Below, one piece after another: positions 16,566-23,216 of a stretch of DNA of 24,000 bases (the stretch's first letter is position 1; each line of letters opens with the position of its first letter). The notes beneath the pieces are model-generated. The model was not told where the DNA came from. It ran no database searches and worked only from the letters and a program-made list of their open reading frames with translations. A program made the translations under genes and the position numbers. The DNA comes from Halanaerobiales bacterium (GTDB lineage Bacteria > Bacillota > Halanaerobiia > Halanaerobiales > DTU029), in NCBI GenBank assembly GCA_029981855.1, contig JARRCS010000004.1, forward strand, positions 2,074-26,073, written 5' to 3'.

Positions 16566-18413
16566 TTAGTCAGGTTTAACGATTATTAATCCGTTGCTGA
16601 TTAACCGTTTATCACTAGGATTATTCATGGTATAGCCTCTTACCACCATCCTGGCCGAGCCACCACCATCCAAATTCATACCCTTTACAACACCGTAGTC
16701 TAACATAAATTGGGCCAGTTCTTCCAGAGATATGCCGATACTCAAATCAGGCTGCCTGCCATCAACCGTAAAGATTAGTAAATGGCCTTCACTGTTAATT
16801 CCCAGAGCCGAACGGGGGGCCCGCCCCCTCGCTATATCCGGCTGAAATTCCTCTTCTGCCGTAGTTATTCTGACCTGACCATCTTTAATCAGCATAGGGC
16901 CCGCCCCCAGGGCAGAAATAACACCTGCATCCTCCCAGTCAGGGTTAAAATCATCCTCATAACTGACCCGGTCCCCAACAGCAAAGCCTGTTAGTTTTGC
17001 TCTGCCTTTTCCCCGGGCCTGTAAGATAAAACCATCTTCAGGAATTATGGTTCTCCTATCAGTTCCTCCTTCATTTATTTGTTTAATCTTATCCTTAGAT
17101 ATTACCAATTCTATTATATCATCCTGAACTGCCGGAGCAAAGGTCCCGTAGTACCTATTATAAATGACAATTTCATCACCGGCAGGCTTACGGTTAACAC
17201 CTGTTACCTCGATTTTAACATCTCCCTTATAACCACTAAATAATCCCCTCCATTCTACCCGGTTGATCAAAAACCTGTTATCACTGGTGATTCCTAAAGC
17301 CGTCCTTTCCTTTACCGGCTCACTCACCATCTGACCATCTATCATTAATAAACCCAGGGGCCGTCCGGTATAACTGAAATATCCGCCGTTAACCCCTGCC
17401 AGTGCACCTCTACTCCTCACCAGGTCACTCAGATCCTCCAGGCCCGGGATTTTACCGTTAGCTAAAACAGGTTCAACCTTATACCTTAATCTATCAAAAC
17501 GCAGTTTAAGTATGGTAATAACCCTTGGGCCCCACCAGGTTAACTGCCTTATCTCCTGATACCTTAAACCCCATTGAATCTCCGCATCTACCTTCAGCTC
17601 CTCTTCTACTACCCTGGTTAAATCTACCAGCTCAAGGCCCTGATAATAGTGGTGTAAAATATCCCGGTAGTCCGAACCTGTGGCTGCCATCACCAGAGAG
17701 TTCTGTACCGGTAACGGGAAATCAATCCTGGCTACTTCTCCCCTCTCCTTTAATATCTGTCCGGCGGTCGAGTTAACTGCATCCCTGATCAGATTATTAA
17801 CATCCACAATTCCCTGATAGGCCGGGAAGGATAATCTTCCGCTTTGATTATTAAAGAGACGGTATAATATATAGGTTCTACCTACCACCGCCTGAGCCTT
17901 TATAGCCGGTAAATAGTCCCTGGAAACCCCGGAGATTTTACCAGCTAGAACCTCAGGCAGTTTACCGGCCAGAATCCCGGAAAGCAGTTCAGATAGGCCT
18001 ACAGTATTATAGATATTAATACCCTTCTTTGTCAGGATAAACTCCACCTTACCGGGGTATACCTCCCGGCCCAGAATAACCTTCCCCTCTATCTCCAGGT
18101 CCCTTCCGGCAAAGAGCCGGTCACCTTTTAAATTATAAAGGGTGATTTTTTCATCAACTCCATCTGCAACCCTGACAAGGTATTTGCTATCCTTCAGAAG
18201 CCGGAAGTATTTTTTACTCTGTAAATCAATTATATCTACATCCTGCAGGGGGGTCAAGGGAAAACCCTTGATCTCATTCTTGATCAGTAAGCGAATCAGT
18301 TTGCCGTCCTGAATAAATTGTCTCACTGGCTCGGAAAAGGCAAAAACATACTGATTTATTAAGATGATAATTAGCAAAGAAATTATTAAAGATAAGAAAC
18401 ATCTGGGTTTCAT
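16566..18413 (-). CDS. Secreted SpoIID/LytB-domain plus phosphodiester-glycosidase (NAGPA/DUF2233) fusion protein
   Basis: The start is set at the ATG at 18413 (GGGGGG upstream), giving MKPRCFLSLIISLLIIILINQYVFA as a signal/anchor. KAQAVVGRTYILY is the SpoIID-type motif. The C-terminal half (GVNGGYF, GLLMIDGQ, PRSALGINSEGHLLIFTVDGRQ, NLDGGGS) is the phosphodiester glycosidase pattern. Confidence 0.7.
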   Translation of the reverse strand: MKPRCFLSLIISLLIIILINQYVFAFSEPVRQFIQDGKLIRLLIKNEIKGFPLTPLQDVDIIDLQSKKYFRLLKDSKYLVRVADGVDEKITLYNLKGDRLFAGRDLEIEGKVILGREVYPGKVEFILTKKGINIYNTVGLSELLSGILAGKLPEVLAGKISGVSRDYLPAIKAQAVVGRTYILYRLFNNQSGRLSFPAYQGIVDVNNLIRDAVNSTAGQILKERGEVARIDFPLPVQNSLVMAATGSDYRDILHHYYQGLELVDLTRVVEEELKVDAEIQWGLRYQEIRQLTWWGPRVITILKLRFDRLRYKVEPVLANGKIPGLEDLSDLVRSRGALAGVNGGYFSYTGRPLGLLMIDGQMVSEPVKERTALGITSDNRFLINRVEWRGLFSGYKGDVKIEVTGVNRKPAGDEIVIYNRYYGTFAPAVQDDIIELVISKDKIKQINEGGTDRRTIIPEDGFILQARGKGRAKLTGFAVGDRVSYEDDFNPDWEDAGVISALGAGPMLIKDGQVRITTAEEEFQPDIARGRAPRSALGINSEGHLLIFTVDGRQPDLSIGISLEELAQFMLDYGVVKGMNLDGGGSARMVVRGYTMNNPSDKRLISNGLIIVKPD

Positions 18414-18474
18414 TTTTTCCCCCCTGGAACAATAATTATTTCGCCCGACCATTATCTTTTATAAGGTAAATTTG

Positions 18475-18504
18475 ATAATACATTGAATAAATTTAACATA
18501 TCAA
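18475..18504 (-). promoter_or_regulatory. Sigma-A type promoter for the SpoIID-like gene
   Basis: Minus strand: TTGATA (18504-18499), an 18-nt spacer and TATTAT (18480-18475). A mirror TTGATA on the plus strand (18472-18477) followed by a 16-nt spacer and TAACAT could fire the opposite way. Confidence 0.45.
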
Positions 18505-18509
18505 ACTCA

Positions 18510-18640
18510 CTTTAATGTTCCGACGGTCCGTAGGGCCCAGTACTTGTAGTGAGACGCAGATGTGCCGAACGGAAAGTGAAACAAAATTTTGCCAACCACT
18601 TTTTGCCCTTCCGTGCGGGGCCGGGACATTTTTAACGTTC
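18510..18640. other. Unassigned GC-rich structured element (element F); candidate sRNA or operon 3' structure
   Basis: It is locally GC-rich within an AT-rich spacer. Three related segments are present: ATGTTCCGACGG (18515-18526), ATGTGCCGAACGG (18560-18572), and the complement of 18611-18629 (ATGTCCCGGCCCCGCACGG). The third can pair with either of the first two. There is an inner hairpin AAAGTG (18573-78) / CACTTT (18598-603), and T5 follows the 3' arm on the plus strand. Confidence 0.35.
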
Positions 18641-18650
18641 ATACGGAAAA

Positions 18651-18989
18651 TCATCTATCTATACTATGCGGCTCTTTTGACTTTAACTCCTGATATAATA
18701 CCCTGCTCAAGCTATTCATACCCTGCTGGTTAGAACCTATTTTACTGATTTCAGTGTCGAGCATATCTGTAAAGATATCTTCGGAAAACCCACCATCGAT
18801 AAACCCGCTCTCGGGAACCGTACCCCGCATAGCCTTAAACATCTGCTTTAAGAAGATTGCCGTAAACTCATTACATAATTCCTTAAGCTGCTCATCCTTA
18901 CTCCCTTTCCCTGACCAGGATTGTTTTTCAAGTTTCCGGGCATCCTGATAGGTTTTATACTGCTGCAAAATTAAATTATCTATCTTCAT
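18651..18989 (-). CDS. flgJ: Flagellar rod-binding protein (FlgJ N-terminal-domain only)
   Basis: 112 aa. ELCNEFTAIFLKQMFKAMR is the Rod-binding (FlgJ N-domain) motif. No muramidase domain is present. AAGGAG lies upstream of the ATG, and the gene is last in the flgFGAHI series. Confidence 0.7.
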   Translation of the reverse strand: MKIDNLILQQYKTYQDARKLEKQSWSGKGSKDEQLKELCNEFTAIFLKQMFKAMRGTVPESGFIDGGFSEDIFTDMLDTEISKIGSNQQGMNSLSRVLYQELKSKEPHSIDR

Positions 18990-19136
18990 TTAAGCCACTC
19001 CTTAAGTTTATACTTCACTTCCATTCAGCAATAACTGCAACAAGCAATTTCCTAGTAGTATTAGATTAATGCCACACTCTGTTCGGCAACTTGCTTTACC
19101 TTCAAACAACTGCAAATAGATGTTGGAGAAATGTTT

Positions 19137-19289
19137 GGAAATTTTTTGCAAATGACTCTTGGTGAATCGGAGTTAAAAATCAGGTCGAGCCACAGGATGT
19201 GGCGAGCTTATCAAGGGTCAGGATGACCCATTTGATAAGTTTGCCTGATTTTTAACGGAGATAAACCTTAGAGTCATCAAAAAATTTCC
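19137..19289. ncRNA. S module: 153-nt three-way-junction fold with twin CAGGATG hairpin loops (strand unresolved)
   Basis: P1 pairs 19137-19148 and 19152-19158 with 19271-19289 (19 bp, with a 3-nt bulge). P2 pairs 19172-19184 with 19244-19256 (13 bp, perfect). P3 is the hairpin 19189-19203 (GCCAC AGGAT GTGGC). P4 is the hairpin 19207-19239 (CTTATCAAGGGTC AGGAT GACCCatTTGATAAG). Both strands of the P1/P2 internal loop contain CGGAG. Confidence 0.5.
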
Positions 19290-19353
19290 CTGCGACGCGC
19301 TCGATGCGCTAGTGCAGAAACCATCATTGCGTAACTAAAAAGAAGGTTTCTGC
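19290..19353. ncRNA. H module, copy 1: two hairpins supported by covariation with copy 2
   Basis: The hairpins are GCGC-TCGAT-GCGC (19297-19309) and GCAGAAACC, a 22-nt loop, GGTTTCTGC (19314-19353). The paired positions co-vary with the copy at 23217-23280. Confidence 0.6.
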
Positions 19354-20487
19354 AATCGGAAAAGCAATTATATCCCTGGGGCTAGCCCCGATAGCATTTA
19401 GAGCTGCCACTATCTCGCCGATGGTCCCCCCACTCGGCACAACCACCATATGGCCTTCTCCCTCCGATATCTTAATCTCCGTCTCTTTAGTGATTGTTGT
19501 CTCACCACCGCTAAAGGGAGCGGGTTGGGAAACCTTCTCACCGCTAGATATCTTTACCGTTAGATTACCATGGGCCACGGAAACTGTCGAAATTCTCACA
19601 TTATGGCCCATAACTATTGTTCCCGTCCGTTCATTAATAACTACCTTGGCCTCCATACCTGCCCGGACCTTAAAATTGTTAATTTTGGCGATAAACTCTA
19701 CCACCTTATCCCTGAACTGTTCCGGTATATTAACATTTACCTTACCGGCATCTACCGCCTCAGCAATCGGTTCAGCAGTAAAAAGGTATTTAAAATTATC
19801 ATTTATTGCCTGGGCAATAAAACTAGCTGTCTCAAAATTCGGCTGGTCCAGCAAAAAGGTCAGGTTTCTATGGCTCAAGCCGAAATTCAATTCCCGTTCC
19901 ACAATGGCCCCTTCCGGTATCCTGGCCACGGTCGGGTGGTTCTTTCTGACCTGAGTTCCACCCGACCTGGTGTTAAATCCCCCGATAGAGACTGGTCCCT
20001 GGGCAACGGCATAGACCTCCCCGTTGGCCGCCTTCAAGGGGGTCATCAGAAGGGTACCTCCCTGCAAACTCTTGGCATCCCCCAGGGAATTTACCGTTAC
20101 ATCTATCCTGTCACCCTTATGGGCAAAGGGAGGAAGACTGGCGGTAACTATTACGGCAGCCAGATTACGGCTGCGAATCTGCTCCGGGGTAACATTAACC
20201 CCGAATTTTTTTAACATATTAGCTACCATCTGGATAGTGGCCTGGCTGCGGTTACTATCACCCGTTCCGGCCAGGCCGATAACAATACCGTTCCCCATCA
20301 ACAGATTATCCCTGATCCCTTCAATCCTGGTTATATCCCCTATATTAACTAGCGGGTCTTCAGGTGAGGCAGCCAAAAGAGAACTACTTAAGGTAATGGC
20401 TAAAGCAATGACTACCGGAACCGCTAATATATACTTAAACAATTTTCTTCTTGCTAAATAACGACCGAAGGCTGATTTATTAATCAT
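19324..20487 (-). CDS. flgI: Flagellar P-ring protein FlgI with a non-canonical, repeat-derived C-terminus
   Basis: 387 aa. A signal peptide is followed by IGDITRIEGIRDNLLMGNGIVIGLAGTGD, typical FlgI, through ...LNAIGASPRDIIA. The final FPIAETFFLVTQ is encoded by the repeat and replaces the usual ILQA.K.AGAL.AEL..I tail. Confidence 0.9.
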   Translation of the reverse strand: MINKSAFGRYLARRKLFKYILAVPVVIALAITLSSSLLAASPEDPLVNIGDITRIEGIRDNLLMGNGIVIGLAGTGDSNRSQATIQMVANMLKKFGVNVTPEQIRSRNLAAVIVTASLPPFAHKGDRIDVTVNSLGDAKSLQGGTLLMTPLKAANGEVYAVAQGPVSIGGFNTRSGGTQVRKNHPTVARIPEGAIVERELNFGLSHRNLTFLLDQPNFETASFIAQAINDNFKYLFTAEPIAEAVDAGKVNVNIPEQFRDKVVEFIAKINNFKVRAGMEAKVVINERTGTIVMGHNVRISTVSVAHGNLTVKISSGEKVSQPAPFSGGETTITKETEIKISEGEGHMVVVPSGGTIGEIVAALNAIGASPRDIIAFPIAETFFLVTQ

Positions 20488-20584
20488 GAACTCCCTCCTT
20501 TCATTAGAACAGTGTAAGACCTTTTTATAGAGAACACTTTATAATTAATCCCTTTCAATTAATACCTCATTATCGTTCGGTAAT

Positions 20585-20642
20585 AACTACAAATAGAGTC
20601 ATCAAAAAATTTCCACTGAATCGGAAACATCTATTTGCAGTT
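20585..20642. repeat. Repeat-family copy B: 58-nt miniature element with both inverted-repeat ends
   Basis: The sequence is AACTACAAATAG...CATCTATTTGCAGTT. The termini pair over about 12 of 13 positions, and there is an inner stem TTTCC/GGAAA. The interior consists of the 21-mer shared with copy A and the AATCGGAAA segment shared with copies A and E. Confidence 0.8.
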
Positions 20643-20671
20643 TTAAAAAAGGAATTTCCTACAGGATTTAA

Positions 20672-21259
20672 TTAGAAGATCCAGTTTAGAAATCTTTCCA
20701 GCAGGCCCGGCTTCTGTTTATCGGCAACAACACCCTTACCCTGGTAATCGATACTTGCCTCGGCCACCTTTTTAGAAGAAACCGTATTCTCCGGTGTTAT
20801 ATCCTCAGGCCTAATGATACCCGATAACCTGATTATCTGTTTCTCTCCATTTATTTTAATCTCCTTGGTTCCTGCAATCCTAAAATTACCACTGGGCAGG
20901 ACTTCCTTAATGATGGTAGTAATATCGGCCTTCAATTTACCGCTCTGTACGGTCTTACCATCTGCAGTGCTCTGATCAGAATAGCTAAAGCCGAAGGCCT
21001 TGATAAAGTCAAAGATACCCAAACCGGAACCTGCATCAATACTGCTTTCCTGGCTGGTATTGGTATTGGCACTCTGAACTGCATTAGCATCTTCCTCAAT
21101 TATAATGGTGACTACATCACCTACCCTGAACTCCCGGTTTTTATCTTCATCCTGATAGAGATTAACAGCCTGGTCTGACCAGAGGGAATTATCAGCAAAT
21201 ACTGTCAAACTGTAGGAACAAACCACTATAATCAGCAAGAATAATTTAACCTTCACCAC
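20672..21259 (-). CDS. flgH: Flagellar L-ring protein FlgH
   Basis: 195 aa. After a signal peptide come SLWSDQAVNLYQD, FRVGDVVTIIIEE and SGNFRIAGTKEIKINGEKQIIRLSGIIRPEDI, which is the FlgH pattern. It uses a GTG start with GGGGGAG upstream. Confidence 0.85.
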   Translation of the reverse strand: MVKVKLFLLIIVVCSYSLTVFADNSLWSDQAVNLYQDEDKNREFRVGDVVTIIIEEDANAVQSANTNTSQESSIDAGSGLGIFDFIKAFGFSYSDQSTADGKTVQSGKLKADITTIIKEVLPSGNFRIAGTKEIKINGEKQIIRLSGIIRPEDITPENTVSSKKVAEASIDYQGKGVVADKQKPGLLERFLNWIF

Positions 21260-21269
21260 TATCTCCCCC

Positions 21270-22268
21270 TTACGGTTGGATCACTCTTACCAGGTGGGAA
21301 TTAATAACCTGAGCTTTAAATCTGTAACCGGTCTTCAGATTCTCCACCAGAATATATTCGCCCTTTTTACCGTTTTCCCGGGCTTTAACAAGGGTAGAAA
21401 CCCTGATATTACCTACTATTACCTCTGCCTTTAGTACGTCCCCAAAAGATACGATATCCGGTATTATCAAATAATAGCTTGTCAGGATGCTACCTCTGGT
21501 AATCGGGATATTAACAATACCCTCCTTAACCAGTCTATTATTAAAATCTGTAATTAATTCGCCCCGGAAACTACCTATTTCCCTGGTTTCTATACTAAAA
21601 TCATCCCTAACAAGTCTTTCTCCCTTCTTAATGCTTCGTTTTGCTACAAATACCTCCTGTAACAACTTAACTTCAAATCCAAGATAGACCCTTTTATAGA
21701 CCTGCCCATCGATTTTAAGTAAAACCCGTAAGGATACATTCCCCTTAAGTTCTTGCTGGCCCATCAGATCAATCTCCAGGGAATAATCCCTATCCGGTAT
21801 TATTAAATCAGGGGGGTTGAACCTCGGTATAATCTCTACCCTGCCAGCCGGACAATTAACCTTTTCTTTTAAATAATCTCTGGCAAAGGCGATAATAGTA
21901 TCACTACTTACCCTCCGGCTAGCAGTCTTAACTGTCACCTTATAAGGCATATGCAGGGTAAAACTTGCGGGGGAATAGCCCTTCTGCTGGATCGCCAGAG
22001 AGATGAGTTCCCTGGGTATCTCCCGTTCATAGCCCGGGAGCAGGGCCTGGCCCAGATCAACCGAGGCAATTTCAGCCAGCTTCTCCCCTTCAACCCCTTC
22101 GATCCGGGCTATATCCCCCAGCGTAATTCGAGAATCGGAAACCTCAACATATTCCGGTATGATAATCTTAATTGTCCCCGCCTTAACCCCGCTGTTAAAA
22201 ACTAACGTGACCATTAAGATGAACAAGATCAATAATCGATAGAGATTTCTATTAATAAAAACCCGCAT
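21270..22268 (-). CDS. flgA: Flagellar P-ring assembly chaperone FlgA (SAF domain)
   Basis: 332 aa. It has a signal/anchor, an ITLGDIARIEG segment, a SAF-like VAKRSIKKGERLVRDDF, and a C-terminal GDVLKAEVIVGNIRVSTLVKARENGKKGEYILVENLKTG. It sits between flgG and flgH. Confidence 0.7.
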   Translation of the reverse strand: MRVFINRNLYRLLILFILMVTLVFNSGVKAGTIKIIIPEYVEVSDSRITLGDIARIEGVEGEKLAEIASVDLGQALLPGYEREIPRELISLAIQQKGYSPASFTLHMPYKVTVKTASRRVSSDTIIAFARDYLKEKVNCPAGRVEIIPRFNPPDLIIPDRDYSLEIDLMGQQELKGNVSLRVLLKIDGQVYKRVYLGFEVKLLQEVFVAKRSIKKGERLVRDDFSIETREIGSFRGELITDFNNRLVKEGIVNIPITRGSILTSYYLIIPDIVSFGDVLKAEVIVGNIRVSTLVKARENGKKGEYILVENLKTGYRFKAQVINSHLVRVIQP

Positions 22269-22316
22269 TTTTACTCACTACTCTTTGTTTAACTAGTTTA
22301 TTAAATCTTGGAGATA

Positions 22317-22345
22317 AACTACAAATAGATGCTCGAGAGATGTTT
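22317..22345. repeat. Repeat-family copy C: isolated end fragment abutting the flgG stop
   Basis: AACTACAAATAGATGCTCGAGAGATGTTT matches the left end of copy A (19108-19136) at 25/29. The flgG stop codon (22344-22346) overlaps its last bases. Confidence 0.7.
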
Positions 22346-23132
22346 ACCGCCTCAACTGGCTAGCAGTCCTCAACATCTCATCAGCCGCCTGGATTGCCTT
22401 GGAATTAATTTCATAGGCCCTCTGGGCAGCTATCATATTGACCATCTCTTCAACAACCTTGACATTGGACATCTCCAGGAAACCCTGGGCAATTGTCCCA
22501 TACCCAGCAGCTCCCGGGTTATTCACCATCGGCTCACCGGAAGCAACCGTGGCCTCAAAGAGGTTGCGCCCGATACTATTTAACCCGGCGGGATTCGAGA
22601 AACGGGCCAGCTCGATCTGCCCCAGTTGCTGCGGTTGATTATCCCCGGCTATGCGTACGGTAACAGTACCATCAGAGGTGATACTGATCTCAGTTGCATC
22701 TTGAGGAATATAGATCTCGGGCTGAATGGGGTAGCCATCAGAGGTGACAATCCTGCCACTACTATCCTGTTTTAAAGAACCATCCCGTGTATAGGCGATA
22801 GACCCGTCAGGACGTAATACCTGTAAAAACCCATCACCCTCAATCACAATATCTAAAGGATTACCCGTATTCTGAACACTACCGGCAGAAAAAATCTTCT
22901 GGGTAGCCGAGACCTTTGAGCCGTGTCCAATCTCAATACCAATAGGAACCTGTGCCCCCTGGGCATTGGGGGTTCCCGGTTCACGTAAGCGCTGATACAT
23001 TATATCCTGAAAATTCACCCGGCTCTTTTTAAATCCGGTTGTATTGACATTAGCCAGGTTATTTGAAATAACATCTATATTGGTCTCCTGAGCATCCATC
23101 CCGGTTGCAGCAGTCCATAAAGCACCTATCAT
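22344..23132 (-). CDS. flgG: Flagellar basal-body distal rod protein FlgG
   Basis: MIGALWTAATGMDAQETNIDVISNNLANVNTTGFKK... at the N-terminus, and a C-terminal GFLEMSNVKVVEEMVNMIAAQRAYEINSKAIQ. The start is set at the ATG at 23132 (GGGAG 8 nt upstream) rather than the ORF-track 23183. Confidence 0.92.
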   Translation of the reverse strand: MIGALWTAATGMDAQETNIDVISNNLANVNTTGFKKSRVNFQDIMYQRLREPGTPNAQGAQVPIGIEIGHGSKVSATQKIFSAGSVQNTGNPLDIVIEGDGFLQVLRPDGSIAYTRDGSLKQDSSGRIVTSDGYPIQPEIYIPQDATEISITSDGTVTVRIAGDNQPQQLGQIELARFSNPAGLNSIGRNLFEATVASGEPMVNNPGAAGYGTIAQGFLEMSNVKVVEEMVNMIAAQRAYEINSKAIQAADEMLRTASQLRR

Positions 23133-23216
23133 TAAAATCACTCCCTGTTTTTTGATTTCGTAATTCGGGGTTGTCTCTGTCATTCAACAACCCTATCAGC
23201 CTCCGTAAAGGTCCAG

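Larger units (their letters stand above)
19108..19363. repeat. Repeat-family copy A, the longest: left inverted repeat, S module, H module, with the right end truncated
   Basis: The left end AACTGCAAATAGATGTTGGAGAAATGTTT matches 22317-22345 at 25/29. 19269-19289 equals 20594-20614 (21/21). 19290-19353 is homologous to 23217-23280. 19343-19362 equals 2613-2632 (20/20). The expected right repeat CATCTATTTGCAGTT is missing, and flgI coding sequence follows instead. Confidence 0.8.

Noticed and set aside
18510-18640. A c-di-GMP riboswitch (GEMM-I or type II) upstream of the SpoIID-like gene. This was suggested by the two GGCAAAA motifs and the GGCAC...ACGGACC segments on the minus strand.
   Set aside because: I could not find the conserved cores as I remember them (ACGCAAAGCC and the tetraloop/receptor for type I, GUGCAACCGACC for type II). 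The element also lies upstream of the predicted promoter, not in the leader. A covariance-model scan is needed.
19036-19070. Module X (AAGCAAWTTYCTRGTAGTAT...TTAAT) could be a sigma-28 or sigma-54 flagellar promoter on the minus strand.
   Set aside because: There is no TAAA-N15-GCCGATAA. The GG/GC spacing does not fit TGGCAC-N5-TTGC, and copy D lacks the GG altogether.
18556-19095. An inverted pair, GCAGATGTGCCGAAC (18556) and GTTCGGCAACTTGC (19081), flanks the flgJ-like gene and hints at an invertible or mobile cassette.
   Set aside because: The exact core is only 8 nt (TGCCGAAC). A match of that size is expected by chance between two 200-nt regions, and the flanking similarity is patchy. 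GTTCGG also precedes the left end of copy B, so it is more likely part of the repeat family's fuzzy edge.
18990-19107. I searched for the displaced conserved FlgI tail (ILQA.K.AGAL.AEL..I) downstream of repeat copy A.
   Set aside because: All three minus-strand frames were translated by eye and none gives a convincing match. The closest was KQVAEQSVALI*. The tail appears to be deleted rather than displaced.
19120-19155. A plus-strand mini-ORF starts in the repeat end (ATG TTG GAG AAA TGT TTG... = MLEKCLEIFCK). The paralogous copy at 22329 reads MLERCL..., and the differences are synonymous or conservative (TTG to CTC Leu, AAA to AGA).
   Set aside because: There is no Shine-Dalgarno sequence before the ATG. 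The 22329 copy runs antisense through flgG. The same bases are explained by an 11-14 nt duplicated CATCT segment in the repeat end. The sample of four substitutions is too small to infer coding selection.
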